DNA of 64,000 nt from assembly GCA_977030845.1 (NCBI GenBank), contig OZ365109.1:52638001-52702000 (forward strand), written 5' to 3'. Each line of letters starts with the position of its first letter. The first letter of the stretch is position 1. A program made the position numbers and the translations under genes. Below the pieces are notes generated by a model that was not told where the DNA came from, ran no database searches, and was given only the letters and a program-made list of their open reading frames with translations. Shown here one piece after another: positions 12,721 through 26,842 of the stretch. Source of the stretch: Fimbriosthenelais zetlandica (taxonomy: Eukaryota).

Positions 12721-13310
12721 TCCCAAAATGCAACTTGGCATAATACACCAACATACCAAATTTTAGCTTTCTATGACAATTTCTGATCAAGTAATGCCCT
12801 AAAACATCCTTTTTTTATAATTTCTTTAAAAAATGCACTGTTGCCATGGAAATCCAAGATGGCCGCCCTCTGCAGCAAATTCAAGATTGACAACATGGTT
12901 TTTCTTGTTCCCGAGGGTCTATAGAACATTTCTATATAGGTGGGATATTTTAATCATCATTTTCCCACGGGACCCTAAAATTGTCTATTAGTCTCCCTGA
13001 CTATTTGTTTGATGTTGGTTTAATGAAATATTCATCAATGGCTAGGAGGGCAATTGGGTCAAACGCGGCTTCTCATGTGTTCTATTTAATGAATTTTCAT
13101 TTAATATGCAAAACTGCAACTATACCTTGAAACTCTATTAATTTATTTGCAAATAATAAAAAAGACGGTGCTAATAAATTGAGAAATTTCGATTAAATTC
13201 CAAATATATATCAGAAGCTGAATAGGTAATTGTCAGATAAGACATTAAGAGATGGTCATGACTGCATCAGATAGCAGTTGTATAATGTTGGTTTGATAAA
13301 AGTTGGCTGG

Positions 13311-13329
13311 TATATATATATATATATAT
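13311..13329. repeat. (TA)n microsatellite
   Basis: (TA)9T. Confidence 0.9.
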
Positions 13330-16300
13330 GTAGATCTATAGAGGGGTTTTGGAGGACGAGGATTAGTGTGGGGGAGTGGATTACAGGGCAGGTCTTTCTC
13401 CAACATAAGTGATCCCCTCTCAGGACAAGGTTCTTCATACAACATTCACAAAAGATTGTATACTAAACAACCTGCCTTCAAGTACAAGCAGAACATGCTG
13501 CAAGTCACTGCAAATGTATGGCACCAATACCAACAGTGTTCTCCTAACATCCCTCAAAATATATAAGTTAAAACATGAGGCAAATGTATACCCAACACCC
13601 CAAGCAATAACATTAACACTCGACTTTCTATTTAAGTGAGAATGTAAAAGAAATGAGATTAGTTTTATCTTAATAAACATCTCCTTTCAGCACTGTGAGG
13701 TGCTTGTCTTTTTGACTGGAGGTGAATTGAGGGTTGGAGGTATGAGTGAGGGAATCTCACATTACACACGGGTGACTACATATTATACTTTGAAAGTTTG
13801 CATAATCATTGCCGTCAATATTTGGATCAAATATTTGGTATTTTCTCAGGCTAGAAATCATAGTCTTGTTTGGGATCACTTACTGCTTAATATAAACTTG
13901 GGCACCCCAGGGTAATATGAATGAGTGGGACTCTACCATAGAGAGAAGAGTGGCGGGAATTGAGGATAAATCATTTGAAGAAACTCTCAAAACTGTAGTC
14001 GATCTAGCGCCTATTCTTGATGTTTCTTAAAGCCGCATATTCATAGGGTGAAGTTGTTATTAAAAGATGATAAAAGGAAGCAACAATTGTGATAAATAAT
14101 TGCCATTCGACATATTAAACTGACAAAATATTGGAGGCAAAATATTGTCATTAATGAAGCAACTAATTGCCATTAAAATAGACAAAATCAAGCAAACTAC
14201 TGGAGAGAAATTTAACAAGAAACAAGCAGGAGACTTTTTCTAATATTTCTTCCTATTCCATCATGAACCTAATCAGTGGAGGATCATTGCAGAGTGAGAA
14301 TAGAAAACTAATCATTGCAGATCAAAGAGTGTTGAGCTTAGAGCTGCAGCTGTCAGACTGTCAGACCGACTTACACCTGTCCATTACTAGTTACAATGGT
14401 GGGGGAAGAGATTCTCAAATCATTGAGGAGTTTGATGTAATGTACCATCAGCCTCTTACACCGGACATAAATCACACTCTCCCTTCACGCCATTAAAACC
14501 TGCCTGATCACAACAGCATGAGCCGTGGCTCTATATAAGCACAGTCTCTTTTGATCTCCACCAGATCTAGACCAGCGCACCGAGTGGTCACTTATTATGC
14601 GGGTTACCTTGGTAATAAGGCAGCGGAAACAAACTGTTGGGAACCCATTCAGCCCTCAGCAGGAGGGGAGGATATATATGCACAAAATGATCATTTCCGA
14701 AAAGGTGAGTGGCTAGTGAAGGGATCAAGATGTAGTCCAAAGGTTAATGCGCGTGAGATGGAGGAGGGCAATTTGTATTGGTTTTCTTGGCTGGTCAGTG
14801 GGTCTGTGCTAATAAACCAAGCCAGCTTGATCTGGCTCTGTGATGTACTGCTAATACAAACTTTATTGATTCTACCACTTCATGAATGTCAGGTATGTTG
14901 AAGTTGGCAGGAGGAGTAAATCCCATTAGTCGTAGACTAAGTCGTAGATAGAGATGCAACACCATGGGGTGATCTACACATTTAGATGGACTAGAAAACT
15001 GAGCCACTTAGATAGCAATTGGTATCAGAGATCGGATTAGCCTGAAGACGGCCAAAAATACCAATTAATAGGTTCTCAGCAAGCACTTTTTTCTGTTTGT
15101 GTCTATACATGATTTAAATCTTATATAAAAAGTAGTCGTTATGTTCCTTGACGTATGACCTTTTACTTCATCGTGCATTACATCACTCATACGTCTACGA
15201 CTCATCCCAAGCCTAAATTCTGCAAGTGTTTTCCCATTGGAATTCAATTGGATTTAATTTCACATCCTCAGGCTTTTTAATTTGTTGGGACTGACCTCAT
15301 CCTTAACAAATTTCAAAATTTAATTTTCACCGTGGAAAAAAGCAGCAGGGGAAATGTTAAATCTGCAGTAACATGCATTTACTGTGAGGATTTGGACTAA
15401 TAAAAATATTTTAGATGGGAATATCCCTGTCTCAGTCTTTCTGGAATGTAAGTATTCCATGTCAACTCTAGTAGGTTGTAGTAATTCTGGAATTTTAATA
15501 GGGCATATTTGGATCATGTTTCTGTTGAGGGCTTGCCGTACCTTTATTGGATAAGCAGCAATAAAAACTGGCTTTACTTGACATGTGAATAGATAGGTAA
15601 AATGAAACCATTATCATTCTGTGTCCATTGAATATCTCTTGGTGCCATATTTGAAAATGATTCAATGAAAAATTGCCAACATTTCAAAGTAAACTAAGAC
15701 TACTCCCACTGCATTCAAGCAAAAGCATTTTACAATAATGCACTGTATATGTTTCAGACAAACAGTGCGATCACTGCCAGATATATTTTCTCATACACGG
15801 CTGGCAGAGCGAGAGAAAAAGCTCTTTACTAATACCATGTGAAATATAAACTTGAATAAGTTATGAAAACACAATTGACAACCTCCAACATATAACCTGA
15901 AACTTCACCTTCTGGCGTCCCTGAATATCCTGAAATCTGACACACTAGATTTCCATGAAATGCTCGACCATTTTTTATGTTTTCCTGCCGAAGACAATAT
16001 CATCCTTCATGTAGGGTAGAGTTAAAATTGAATTTACTAATTTACATGACTACGAGTATTTGAAGTCATTATAAAACTATCATTTTGGCTAATGATCAGA
16101 ATTTGAAAGTTTTAATCATATAGTTGTCATGCAAACAAACAGTAGTTTTCATTTTAATAGCTTCAAATAATTATGTATCCGCTATGAAACTTGGTTTTCT
16201 TCCCTCCCTCATGGATTAGTACTTTAATAAATCACCTATTGATGAATCAATAATCGATTATAGCCATGAAATTATAACGATATCTAGTGTGTTGTACCCA

Positions 16301-18158
16301 GGGTTGTCATGCAAAGAATTAATGCAAATTAAATTACACCGCACGTGTATAAATAATTCATAAATAAATTCATAGTCAAATAGTTTCTATGGTGAACACT
16401 CCATTTTAATGAATATTTTCTGGTAAGTTACCATTATTTCACAGTTCATTAGATCTACCCTCACCATTCATCAGTGGACCATGCTGCTGGCGTGTGGAGC
16501 AGTGAGGCAGAAGGCAAACGTAACGTAAGAAATGAAAGCCATGTGCCAAGGGAAGGTACAGATGAATGATCAGAAATTATTAAATGCCAGACATCATGAA
16601 TAATAGGAATTATTAAACATTCCACAGGCTTGTTTTTCATTATCTATGTGTAAGTGTTACTTAAATATTTTCTCAGTGAGGAAAGTTTAAAAGTGAAAGG
16701 TTCAATACTCGAATACAGCAAAGACATGGACACATGACATGTACCCATGACTTTAAATGTCTGTAATATCATTTTAGAAGATTGTATTGTAAATATTGAA
16801 AAGTTGATTAATCTAGATCTAGATATCAGTCATATATACCTGTACTGCTATAACTCTAGGCTATAGTTACGTTCAGACAGAAGTCTACAGGTGCTAGCTG
16901 CTCACAGAAGTCGGACAAGAAACACATGGGGGAGCAGACAGGGGTGAGCAGCCTTCCCCCTCACTATTGATTTCCAATTATTTACCCCAATAACTGCAAC
17001 ATCATCATTTAATATGTGTGGGTGGGCTATGGCTGACTTTCATTAATCTTATAATTATGATAACATACATACTGTAAACATCCTAGTAACCCAATTTTAC
17101 CACCCATTCAAAAGTAAGGTGACATTTTTATATACACAATCCAATGTCATCAATTTACCAAGAATAATGACACTAATTAAAATAAGAAAAATAATCAGTA
17201 TTATCCAGTATACCTTTCCTGTCTTCAATAGCTAATTTCTAGCTTTACCAATCAAACTCCAATTTTCTATGATCACCACCTCTCTTTCTCTGTCCCCATT
17301 TCTAATATCTGGCCCTATTCTCTATATCTCCCAGCCATTCCCATCCTCTATTTCCCGCCTCTCCCACCTACCTTCTCTCTCCCACTGTGCTAGACAGGTA
17401 ATTACTAAGTAGGTTGGTAAATTGTTGACCTTTGGATCCGTCGTACCACCATCTAGCCTGAAAACAGAAGCCATGTCAACTCTCCACTGCACGCATTGCA
17501 CTCCGTGACACCCCACATGTTTCACGCCATAAATCATAACTCACAAAACACTCACTCATTACATCAAATTACTCCTACCCTACTTACTCTAAGGGGACCA
17601 GACAAATACCAAACCATTTAATTGATCAAAAATCTCAATTTGGTTGCCTTCATGGCAGTTTCTTTTAAGATTACATGTATTCATTTCATTATGTGAGGTG
17701 GATTTTTTCTTGTCGGTACTATCAAGGATTCGGTAGGTTTTTTTTGGGGGGAAGGGAGCAATTTAGTGATCATTTTCAGGAAGATTATTTCTGATTTCAT
17801 TATGTATTCAGGACTATTTTTTAGCTGGCAGGTATTATCAAGGATTCAGGTTAATCATGCATTAGTCAGTCAGTCAGACTCTGGTAATGATAATGACTCA
17901 GAGGTCCTATCACAAAAGTGTGATGCAATTATTTGAATGTGCTAAATAGAGGTGCGATAATTAAATGGCTAATGGCCCAAATCAGTCTCCCTCTTCACAA
18001 CTCAATGTTTAATCACTGTCATTCAGGTAGATGATGGTATTTAATTAATCATTATATATTCAGCCCTCCCCTGAACACTATTATTTCATTTTAGCGGCCT
18101 CAACATGAAGGGACGAAAACTTAATTAAGACTAAAAAATCTCTATCTATTCATATGGA

Positions 18159-18174
18159 GGGGGGGGGGGGGGGG
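18159..18174 (+). repeat. G16 homopolymer
   Basis: 16 consecutive G. Confidence 0.9.
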
Positions 18175-21088
18175 CGTTGATGTAGGCAGAATTATGAAAA
18201 ATACTTTGAAAATAGATATTTTTGATTTACTTCGGAAACATATCTCTGACAGGAGGAAGACTGTATATATACCGGTAGGTATTTTGACAAATAAAAAAAG
18301 CTATAATTGAATAAATATACATCACACTTTTATTATAATTATTCCCACTTTTTCTAAGTCTTTTTTGATAGCTTCATCAAGAACTTTGCATTACGATAAC
18401 ACATATCAATGCTTCCCAACATATACATGGATATACACTGTATATGCCCCGTACACCATAGGATCCAGAAGAGTCAGAGTCTTGAAAACTCCCAGCCATG
18501 TTCTACGGCATTTGTCAAACACAAAAGCCTCACCTCTTGCTATTTTGTCAAAGAGCCTGCTTGAATAGTAAAGATGAGAACATAGAGGTGTATGCATAAT
18601 ATACACTATACATACATGTAAAAACCTTACCCCCTGGATTCCTTTGTGTAATATTACACAGTCAGTGATGCCAAAATATTTGACGTTTTGGCAAGCAAAG
18701 GAAGTGTAACAGAGCCCTACTCCTCACCGTGCCTTTAACCGTAAAGACAGGATTTTGAGGAATGTGTCACATTGTCATACTCTTCCCCACCAAAAAGATG
18801 TTTCATCATTGTACTTATACAGTCAGTCAGTCAGTCCTTTCCCTTTTCATTGTTTGTAAATAGCCATTGGTATGTATTGTAGGGACACAATTGGTGATAA
18901 GGTGCCGCAGTAAATCATCTTGTTAAGGAAAATGTCAGCCAAATTCCTCTTTATATTGAAAGTGGTGTCAGGACTGGAAGGCATATATAAGTGACAGTGT
19001 AATAATGTGAAGGAATGTGACAGGTGGGGGGATGAAGGTGTCACGAGGTGGGCTAATCCTGGCACCAGTTAACAATGTGACGGTATGGCCTGCTGTCCAC
19101 TCACTTTACATCCTTCACAGGGCGTTTTGTGAGGAGGTGAGACTTGTATCAATTACCATGGAGATAGGGTATCATGATATCATACCATAATAAGATTATC
19201 ATTTCTCAACACCAAGATGTAAGCCCATGGTTGTCAGTATTAACTGTACTTTCAAAAATATCAATTTTTAAGCGATTTTCTTTTAGCTCAACAACCTGCT
19301 ATATGGTTAAGGCAATGACTGAGCTGAATTGCTGGATTAAAATTCCTATAAAATGTTTTTGAATTTCAAGCCATTTGAATTAATCCGGACAGCAAAGACC
19401 TAGCTGTATGAACTTTATTGTAAATGTATCTTTTAATGATATCTGCTTAAAATCAGAATGGGAATCAGGAGCCTGTTTCAAAACAATGCTTTAGCTTATG
19501 GTTATGAAAAAGGCCCCTGATGTATATACATGTAGGTTGGCCTAGCTCCCACCTGCCCTCTAGTGTGAACGGAGTGAAACAGTCTCATGGTTACTTACAT
19601 GGAAAGATCAACAGGAATCCATATACATTTGTAATAATAACCTCTCCTAAAATCCTAGTTAGTTTTAATTAATTAGTCTTCTATTATTAAAGGCTTCTTG
19701 GAAGATCGTTCTGGTAGAAGAAACAGTACGAGTATAGACTTTTATTACAATAGTTTAAGCCTGCCTCGTGCCAATTTCTCCAAACTTTGAATTTAATTTT
19801 TATCTCTTATCATGTCACTGACATGAATGGTCAAATTACCATATAGCCTATATCTCTCCTCCTATTAATTTCATTCTAAATCACTGGTCTGAAACCCCAA
19901 ATTATATCAAATGCATGATAAATTCTTATAATGAGAATTCGGTTTTTTTTCCTGTATATTATTTTGATCCCTCATGAGCATTGAATAGTGCATGGAATTG
20001 ACAGTTCAAATCCAACAATGAAACCAGCATTAAACGCTGTACACAGTTATGTCTTTATGACTGACTGCCAGTTAGTGTCATTTTGTCCAACCCGTCATGC
20101 ATGCTACCCCCCAATATTTGACTATGAGGAATGTCCATTGTCACAATTTCATACCTGGGTTAATTGCTGTGTGACTCGCAATTATATTTGAAAGCACAAA
20201 ATAATGGTAAAACCCACAAATCAATAATCAATTGATTGGCTTGATATAAGTGTTTCTATGGTGATTATGACGAGGTATAATCACCATGGATCGACATGCA
20301 GATGCCAGGGTGATGCACTCTTCAGGTAGCGCTGGCACCAAATCTGGCACTACAATTGTACCTATGAGTAATCCATGGTATATGGGTTCTGGATAGAATC
20401 CAGGTGAACTAGAGACATTTAATCCTCAATTTAACACTGAAAACATTTCCTCACGAATAATTTGTCAATTTTACTTAGGGATATGACGTATTAGAGCTGT
20501 TCATCTGAGCTAAACATGGACATAAGAGCTCTTCCATATAAAGGTCTTCAGTCATGCGTGTCATGATGATACATATTTTATATTATACTTGTGTATACAT
20601 GTATACACGTGTTATAAAATGAGACAGTGGCTTGCATGCTTCAGAAAGACGATTTATAACGTCTCACAAGTAGAGTGCACAATATAATAGACATAACGTC
20701 AAGGACTTGTATAATTAAATCAGTTCTCAAGTATTTGTTATGTCGAGAATTAGTGGGTGATTAGATCTAATAAAGTCACATCCATAATGATGGTTCTTGA
20801 TATAATTATGAAAGAGGAAATTCCCATGGTCCGTATCACTTAATGACATACTTCTTAGAACAGAATGTAGGTATACATTGTCTGTCTCTCAGACTGATTG
20901 AGATATCAACCTTATGGGAAATCTTTTGAGGTCATGATCTTGTAGACATCAAAAGGAAAAGGTTCTGCCTACTTATTATAAGATTCAGAAATTCCCTTAA
21001 TGATACATTTCCATATCAAGAAATTAGTTACCTACCTTTCATTTTGATTTATTTGTTATTTAAAAATATATTGATAATTTCAACTCAC

Positions 21089-21120
21089 CATTTTGTGGCG
21101 GTCATCCACGTCGCTCATTC
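21089..21120 (-). CDS. PDZD2: PDZD2/IL16-family exon 11, 32-nt micro-exon (GMSDVDDRHKM)
   Basis: Very strong acceptor (ttttttttttcttgcag|) and donor (atg|gtgagt). Phase 1 in, phase 0 out, stop-free and in frame with exon 10. Confidence 0.72.
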
Positions 21121-24100
21121 CTGCAAGAAAAAAAAATAGAGTTCTAAGAGTTGAATCAATAGAGAGTGAAAACTTAAGTCAAGGCATGCCGGCAAACAAC
21201 TGAAGAATGTCTGGAATACTTTAACTTCATCAAACAAGATCCAAAAGAGAAAAGGTCCACTCCTGGCTAGGTTCCTTATTCTACAGCCTAAATCTGTGTA
21301 ACACACTAAAACAGAAGTTCCCCACGGTCCAAAACAAACACTTGAAGAAGCAGACTTCTCTCAAAAACTTGAAGGACAACACACATACCTTTCCTCTGGT
21401 GTCTGAAGAAATGATTGAAATATTTCTTCAACACCGACATGTTGGTGGAATCTAAAGTAAATCCAAATATATATAAATTCATCCAGGTTGGAGGGGAGCT
21501 GGGTGTCCCATTTGTCAGGGATTGATGGTAGGTTGAAGTATGTTAGGAGATAGTGGCATTGTGAATGAGGATGAATGGGAGCGAGGTGGGAGGTGAGAAG
21601 AGATCCTCTGGTCTCTATAGTATAACGGTAAATGTCAACGCTGGGCATGCACTCAGGCATGTATGGCTATAGGATCTATGGTAATACACCAGAGCCATGC
21701 TAAAGACTTCAACCACTGCTCCATGCACCCAGCCGCGTCCAGGCTTTCCTCATCGCTGGCTTCGGCTAATAAATTATCAACCTTCTCCCCCACTTTCTTC
21801 ATTACGACATCTGTTTATTTTATCATTAAATTCTTGCCCTTATGTCACAGAAAATTTTCAAAGATTTATGGGATCCTTTCAGAAGAAAATGGTTTATCTA
21901 ATGTGTATATAAGGTTGGCTCCTACCCACGACCTGAGAATAATTCTTTGAGATTTTTATCATGTAACTGATGCCATCGCAGTAATGTGTTGTTGCTATAA
22001 ACGAAATTTGGAAGCATTATATGAAACTATTAACCCAAACATTTCAAAATGAGTAATAAGAATATTTAATATCCAGTGAAAGTATTGGTGAACTCTTTGA
22101 ACAAAAAGGCCTGGAAGATTACATTTTTAAGGGTTTTTGTGTTTTTTGTAACACTGTGTCTTCATGTACATTATGTCATTATCTTAATATATATTCATAA
22201 GTGTTTATATATATATATATGTTTAATAACTTTCAGCGTATTGGTTTCACCAGATATAGGGTATCTGGTTTCACTATGGGAAATTTTCTTGATAAATGAT
22301 TTATCTCACAATAAATATCACAGGTTCAGATTTATTTCACAGATTGTTCCAAAACAGCAGCAAACCCCAAACAACTAAGACTGACTAACCCTATACAAGA
22401 GCTTAAGCGGTGGAACCAGGGTGAGTTGACAAGTCATGTACACCTGACTTACAAAATTAAAAGCCCAGGTGTAAGCCTATAGAGAGAGTGGTTTGTATAA
22501 TGGTCAACATTCCACAGGGGAAATCCACCACGGGGATACATACAAGCCCAGCTGTGCACCTCCCCACCGACTTCAAACAGGCATCAGCATCATGGATCTA
22601 AAGGTAATCCTGTAAGTGCACTCACTATACAGTATTTTATATTGAAATTGCTATAGTATTTTAAAGCACTACAGACTATAGTGTGGAGGTGCCAGTACAT
22701 GCTATATGGTCGGTTAAATATGAGTGATGGGGGCCGTTTTTCACCAGCTATTTCCTGATTAAACACCCATCAGCCCACATCACTCGTTGTTATGTTAATG
22801 GTGGGAGTAATTCCCAGTGAGTTGGATTATGAATTATGACAGTGTCTCTGATGCTGCATTCATTCATGAAAAGACCGGCACGCAATCTGTGATACAATGT
22901 CATTGTGAATATAGCCTTGTTGGGCTTTTTTATTGCTTCCACATTTAAATAGGGCTATATCCTTTGAAAAGGTTGTGTGCAATTAGTTTCAAAACTTTCA
23001 TGTTGATCAGGTTGAAAACCGACAAAATGAATCTAGATGTATTGAATTATAGACAATAGCACATTTCTTTATCATACAAATCATAAGAGGTGTACATGTT
23101 TATTTCTCGAAAGGATTTCCGAAAGTATTTAATGTATACAGATCTTTAAAATAAGTCAAAGGAAATAAATAAAATATCTCAACTATTTCAGTGTTTGTAG
23201 GGGTTTCATGGAGAGGAAGTTTTACTCAGTCAGGAAGCATCGAGAATCACAGAACAGGAAAGTTTTCAGACAATAAAAATGGGTAAAAGTCGGTGAAGTA
23301 GACTTCTTAAATTCCCTGTTCCTAAAATCTTACTTGCCGTGCATGTTCACGTACAAACGCCCCTTAATATTGGCAGGCGAATCTTCTTATGGAAAGAGCC
23401 ATTTAATTTAAGAAAATGATCAAAAATGATCATCCCGGAGCCTAATTCATAATAGATAATCTTCCTTTAGATTAAAACACTTCCCAGGAGTGTAACAAAA
23501 TCAAATGACAAATTTCCATGTGAATTTTACATCATATTTAGAGTAAACATCAATGCTCTGTGCCCGTATCGTTTGGGCATGAGTTTAAGGAACAGTGGTG
23601 TCTATTTTTTGTGAGTGACATTGAGAGGGAGTGATAGCGGAAGCAGAGGATCGCCTCTCACCTGACTCTGCGTGACTCGGTGTGGAGGAAGCATGTGTAT
23701 GTGAGCAGCAAAGCTTGTCTCATTGTTTCTCCACATATAATTCTCACCACTTTGTTTCACGGGGGAGGCAGTCAGGAGGCGTGACCGTTTTAAATTGCTT
23801 GTTTGCTCGTTCAACACGTCAAGGATTGAATGCGGTCGGCGGATGAAGCCGCTGTGTACTGAGACAATTTAAGGAAGCTACAGAATACCTGGCCATGTGC
23901 TGCTAAGGGATTATGTCAATGGGGGAGGATAGGGCATTAGAGTTGAGAGGATCTCTCCATCCAGTGTTCTCAACATTCCTCTTTCTGTCAAACTCTAAGC
24001 TTATGTTTTAAACAAATTTTTCAAATTTTAAACCATCAACGCAACGGAAAGTCTTATATACTGTGTAGAAATAATGAAATATCTTTATGACTGAATGGGT

Positions 24101-26507
24101 ATCGATATATAATCTAAGTTGCTTTTTTAGTGGTAAATTGCCGGGAAATTTATTAATAGAAGGATTCAGGAAGATTTTAAGTTATACTCTTGAATCGTGC
24201 CCACGGAAAAAAGGACAGGTGGTCAGGAATGCATAATTGTTACAAACAATAGCTGGTATCACATAACAAAAAGACCCTCAAAATGAAATGAACGGTTCCA
24301 GTTTATAGTACATGGTCTACAATGCTAATTCTTTCATCCATGACTTGGTATGGGAATGAATGATTGTGCCATTCATGACTGCACGTGGGAAAGTGGAGGA
24401 AGGACGCTTCCATTCCATTCAATTTTCATGTAAATAGATAGCAATCTTATTTACATACACATGTCTAAAGGCTAACGTGTCTTGTGAAAGACAAACTTTG
24501 GATATTCTAACTATAATGCCACGTTGCTATATCTCCACCTTCCCCTTCCCTGCTTTTCTTCCCTATTTTTTAAAACAAAAATATATAGATTTTTAAAGAA
24601 AAGATAAATGTTAATCCAAACATACCCTTGTTGGTAACAGCAGTCCTTAATATTTTCAGGAGGTTGAACTTCATTTTGAATATTGATGTCTTAGTTAATA
24701 CAAGGGATAATTAAAACTGAGTGTTCCGAGTACGGCTTTAAAATAGATGCCACTGACACTTGATGGTTAATCTATTTTAAACCGCTTTACTTTATCTCCA
24801 AATCCAGACCATAAACATAGTGTTTATCCTTATCAGAATAGTTGTTAATCCAAGGTGGACATTTGATCAAGGACGTCCTAGTTATATTATTTCCTGGTTG
24901 ATCATTTAACACTTCATTTCCAGATTTCCAGAAGAATGTTGTATGTTAGTTTATGTATTGTTTCCGTGCGCATCAATCTCAGACAGGTGATACGTTCAAA
25001 TACTGCACCGACCAATAATCCGCCTGTGCTCGTGTTATAATCAGACTCTTCTGCTGTACACACTAGGCTTCATCTGTTTCAGTCAATCCACTAAAACAAA
25101 CACGCTGACAGACTCTTCCATCCATCTGTTCAGATCGTGTTAAAAACCTTGTAAAAACCAACACAGGTATGGAGACCTACAAGGCCGTTGAGAGACATGG
25201 GTGGCACGTTTCCCACTGACCATTTGGTATCCAAGAAATGACAATAGTTAACTGTTATACGGTTCTGGTCAGCTGTTACCTGAGATACCTGACTTGTAGA
25301 TAGCCCCTAGCCTGGTTTAACTCTGGTCTGTGTATATATATGGCTTTCTGACTGGCCTAGGCTTCATGTTCAGGGTTTAAGTTCACTGCGCACTGTAATC
25401 GCTCAGAGGTGCATGAATGCACACTTCATCTACCCACAAACACGAGTCTCACCTATATTTTTTTGTCTTCTGAATAATTTCCGGATTATAAATCATGTAC
25501 ATCTACATACAATTCTATGTGACAATGTTTTTATGTCAATTTAATAAAGATTTACATAAAGTAAATTATTGGTCCGTCATCCTTCTTGATCAAAGTCAGA
25601 TATATTATATTTTGGGATTATACTAGGCTAGCTATGAACACCAATCATTCTGGTTCAATAATGCAGAAAAGTAGAGTGTGATATTTCTCCAAATTTCATT
25701 CCCTTATAGTATAGGACCGTAAAATATCCATACTTTTCATTTATCATAATAGACATTCATCCTATACTCAATACCCCGGCCATAGAAATCTACAAGGTTC
25801 CTTTCATGATATACTAATTTACATAATTAACATATGATTATTCACAAAAGCTACACTTTTCCCTCAAACATGACAATGGTAACATCCTCAGTTCCTAGTG
25901 AGTTTATGTTTAGGGAGAGAGACTACAATAGAGTGTATAGAAGTGTTGGTGTGTCGTGATGGAGGCGTGTCTGTGTTCACACACCGTGTAACCGACTCTC
26001 TGACTCTCTACTATCAATTACCACAACAATCAAGCCCTCCAAAATACTCTCCCTTTAATTAACATTAATTAACCTGCTCCTCATTCTATCTGCCCTCACC
26101 TCATCACCCCCACTACACCTACCCAGATAATGTTAACCAAATGAGCAGACATGAACATTTTTTAGTCACGATGTTAATGAGTGTTCACTAACTAGGTAGA
26201 CAGGCTTTTTGTGAATTATTTTTTTGTGAAAGATTTGGCTCGATCTTTTGGAGATAAATCTAAGATTCTATCAGGTATGTCACAGGGTTGTATGAAGATA
26301 AATGATGTTATGATAGACATAGTTTTACCTGAGAATGGATGGTGCATATGTTATTATATATGAGGAATAGCTCATTATTGTAATATTGGCGCATGACTAA
26401 ACTGGCACTACACAGTCACAGACATGGATGTGCATTCCTCAAAGACAATAGTCATTCACTGTGAAGTGTATGGTATTTGATTGTCTACCATGCATGGTGA
26501 CTGGCCA

Positions 26508-26842
26508 GGAGTGGGTGGGTGGGTTTGTGGATGGGTGGTGAGTTGGTGGGATGATATCGTTGGGTAGGAGGTGGGTGAGTGGGTAATATAAGGTGGGAGT
26601 GGGTTTGTGGGAAGGGTAGTGGATAGGTAGATGGGGCGGTTAGGTTGATGGGTAGGCGGGCGGTTGTGGGTAGGTGGATGGATGGAGGGTAGATGTAGAT
26701 CTATGTAGGTGTAGATCTATGGAGTGTATAAAACTTCTCTGGTAGGTCTTTCTATGGTAGGTGTGTGTGAGTAGATGATGGGTGGGGGGGGGGGGGGGGA
26801 TTGGTGAGCGGGTGGGTTGGGGGTTAGGTGAAGTGGTGCGGG
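26508..26842 (+). repeat. G/T-rich low-complexity tract (GGGT-like runs plus G16)
   Basis: Many GGG tracts on the plus strand, G16 at 26784-26799. Confidence 0.8.

Larger units (their letters stand above)
7073..13003. mobile_element. 5.9-kb non-autonomous foldback DNA transposon with ~2-kb inverted arms (Academ-like termini)
   Basis: 7073 TAGTCAGGGAGACTA... is mirrored by ...TAGTCTCCCTGACTA 13003, and both flanks are TTT. The arms are reverse complements from the ends to about 8890/11210 and continue through 21-bp repeat blocks. No transposase-sized ORF. The superfamily call is tentative. Confidence 0.85.

Noticed and set aside
7073-13003. Foldback as an assembly or chimeric-read artefact
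   Set aside because: The arms differ by substitutions and indels (11 nt near the termini, 11 nt near 12262), the core is asymmetric, and the flanks are unrelated unique sequence.
18631-18720. Strong minus-strand donor GGG|gtaagg as an extra PDZ-gene exon
   Set aside because: The nearest acceptor is not phase-compatible with the micro-exon and the peptide is uninformative.
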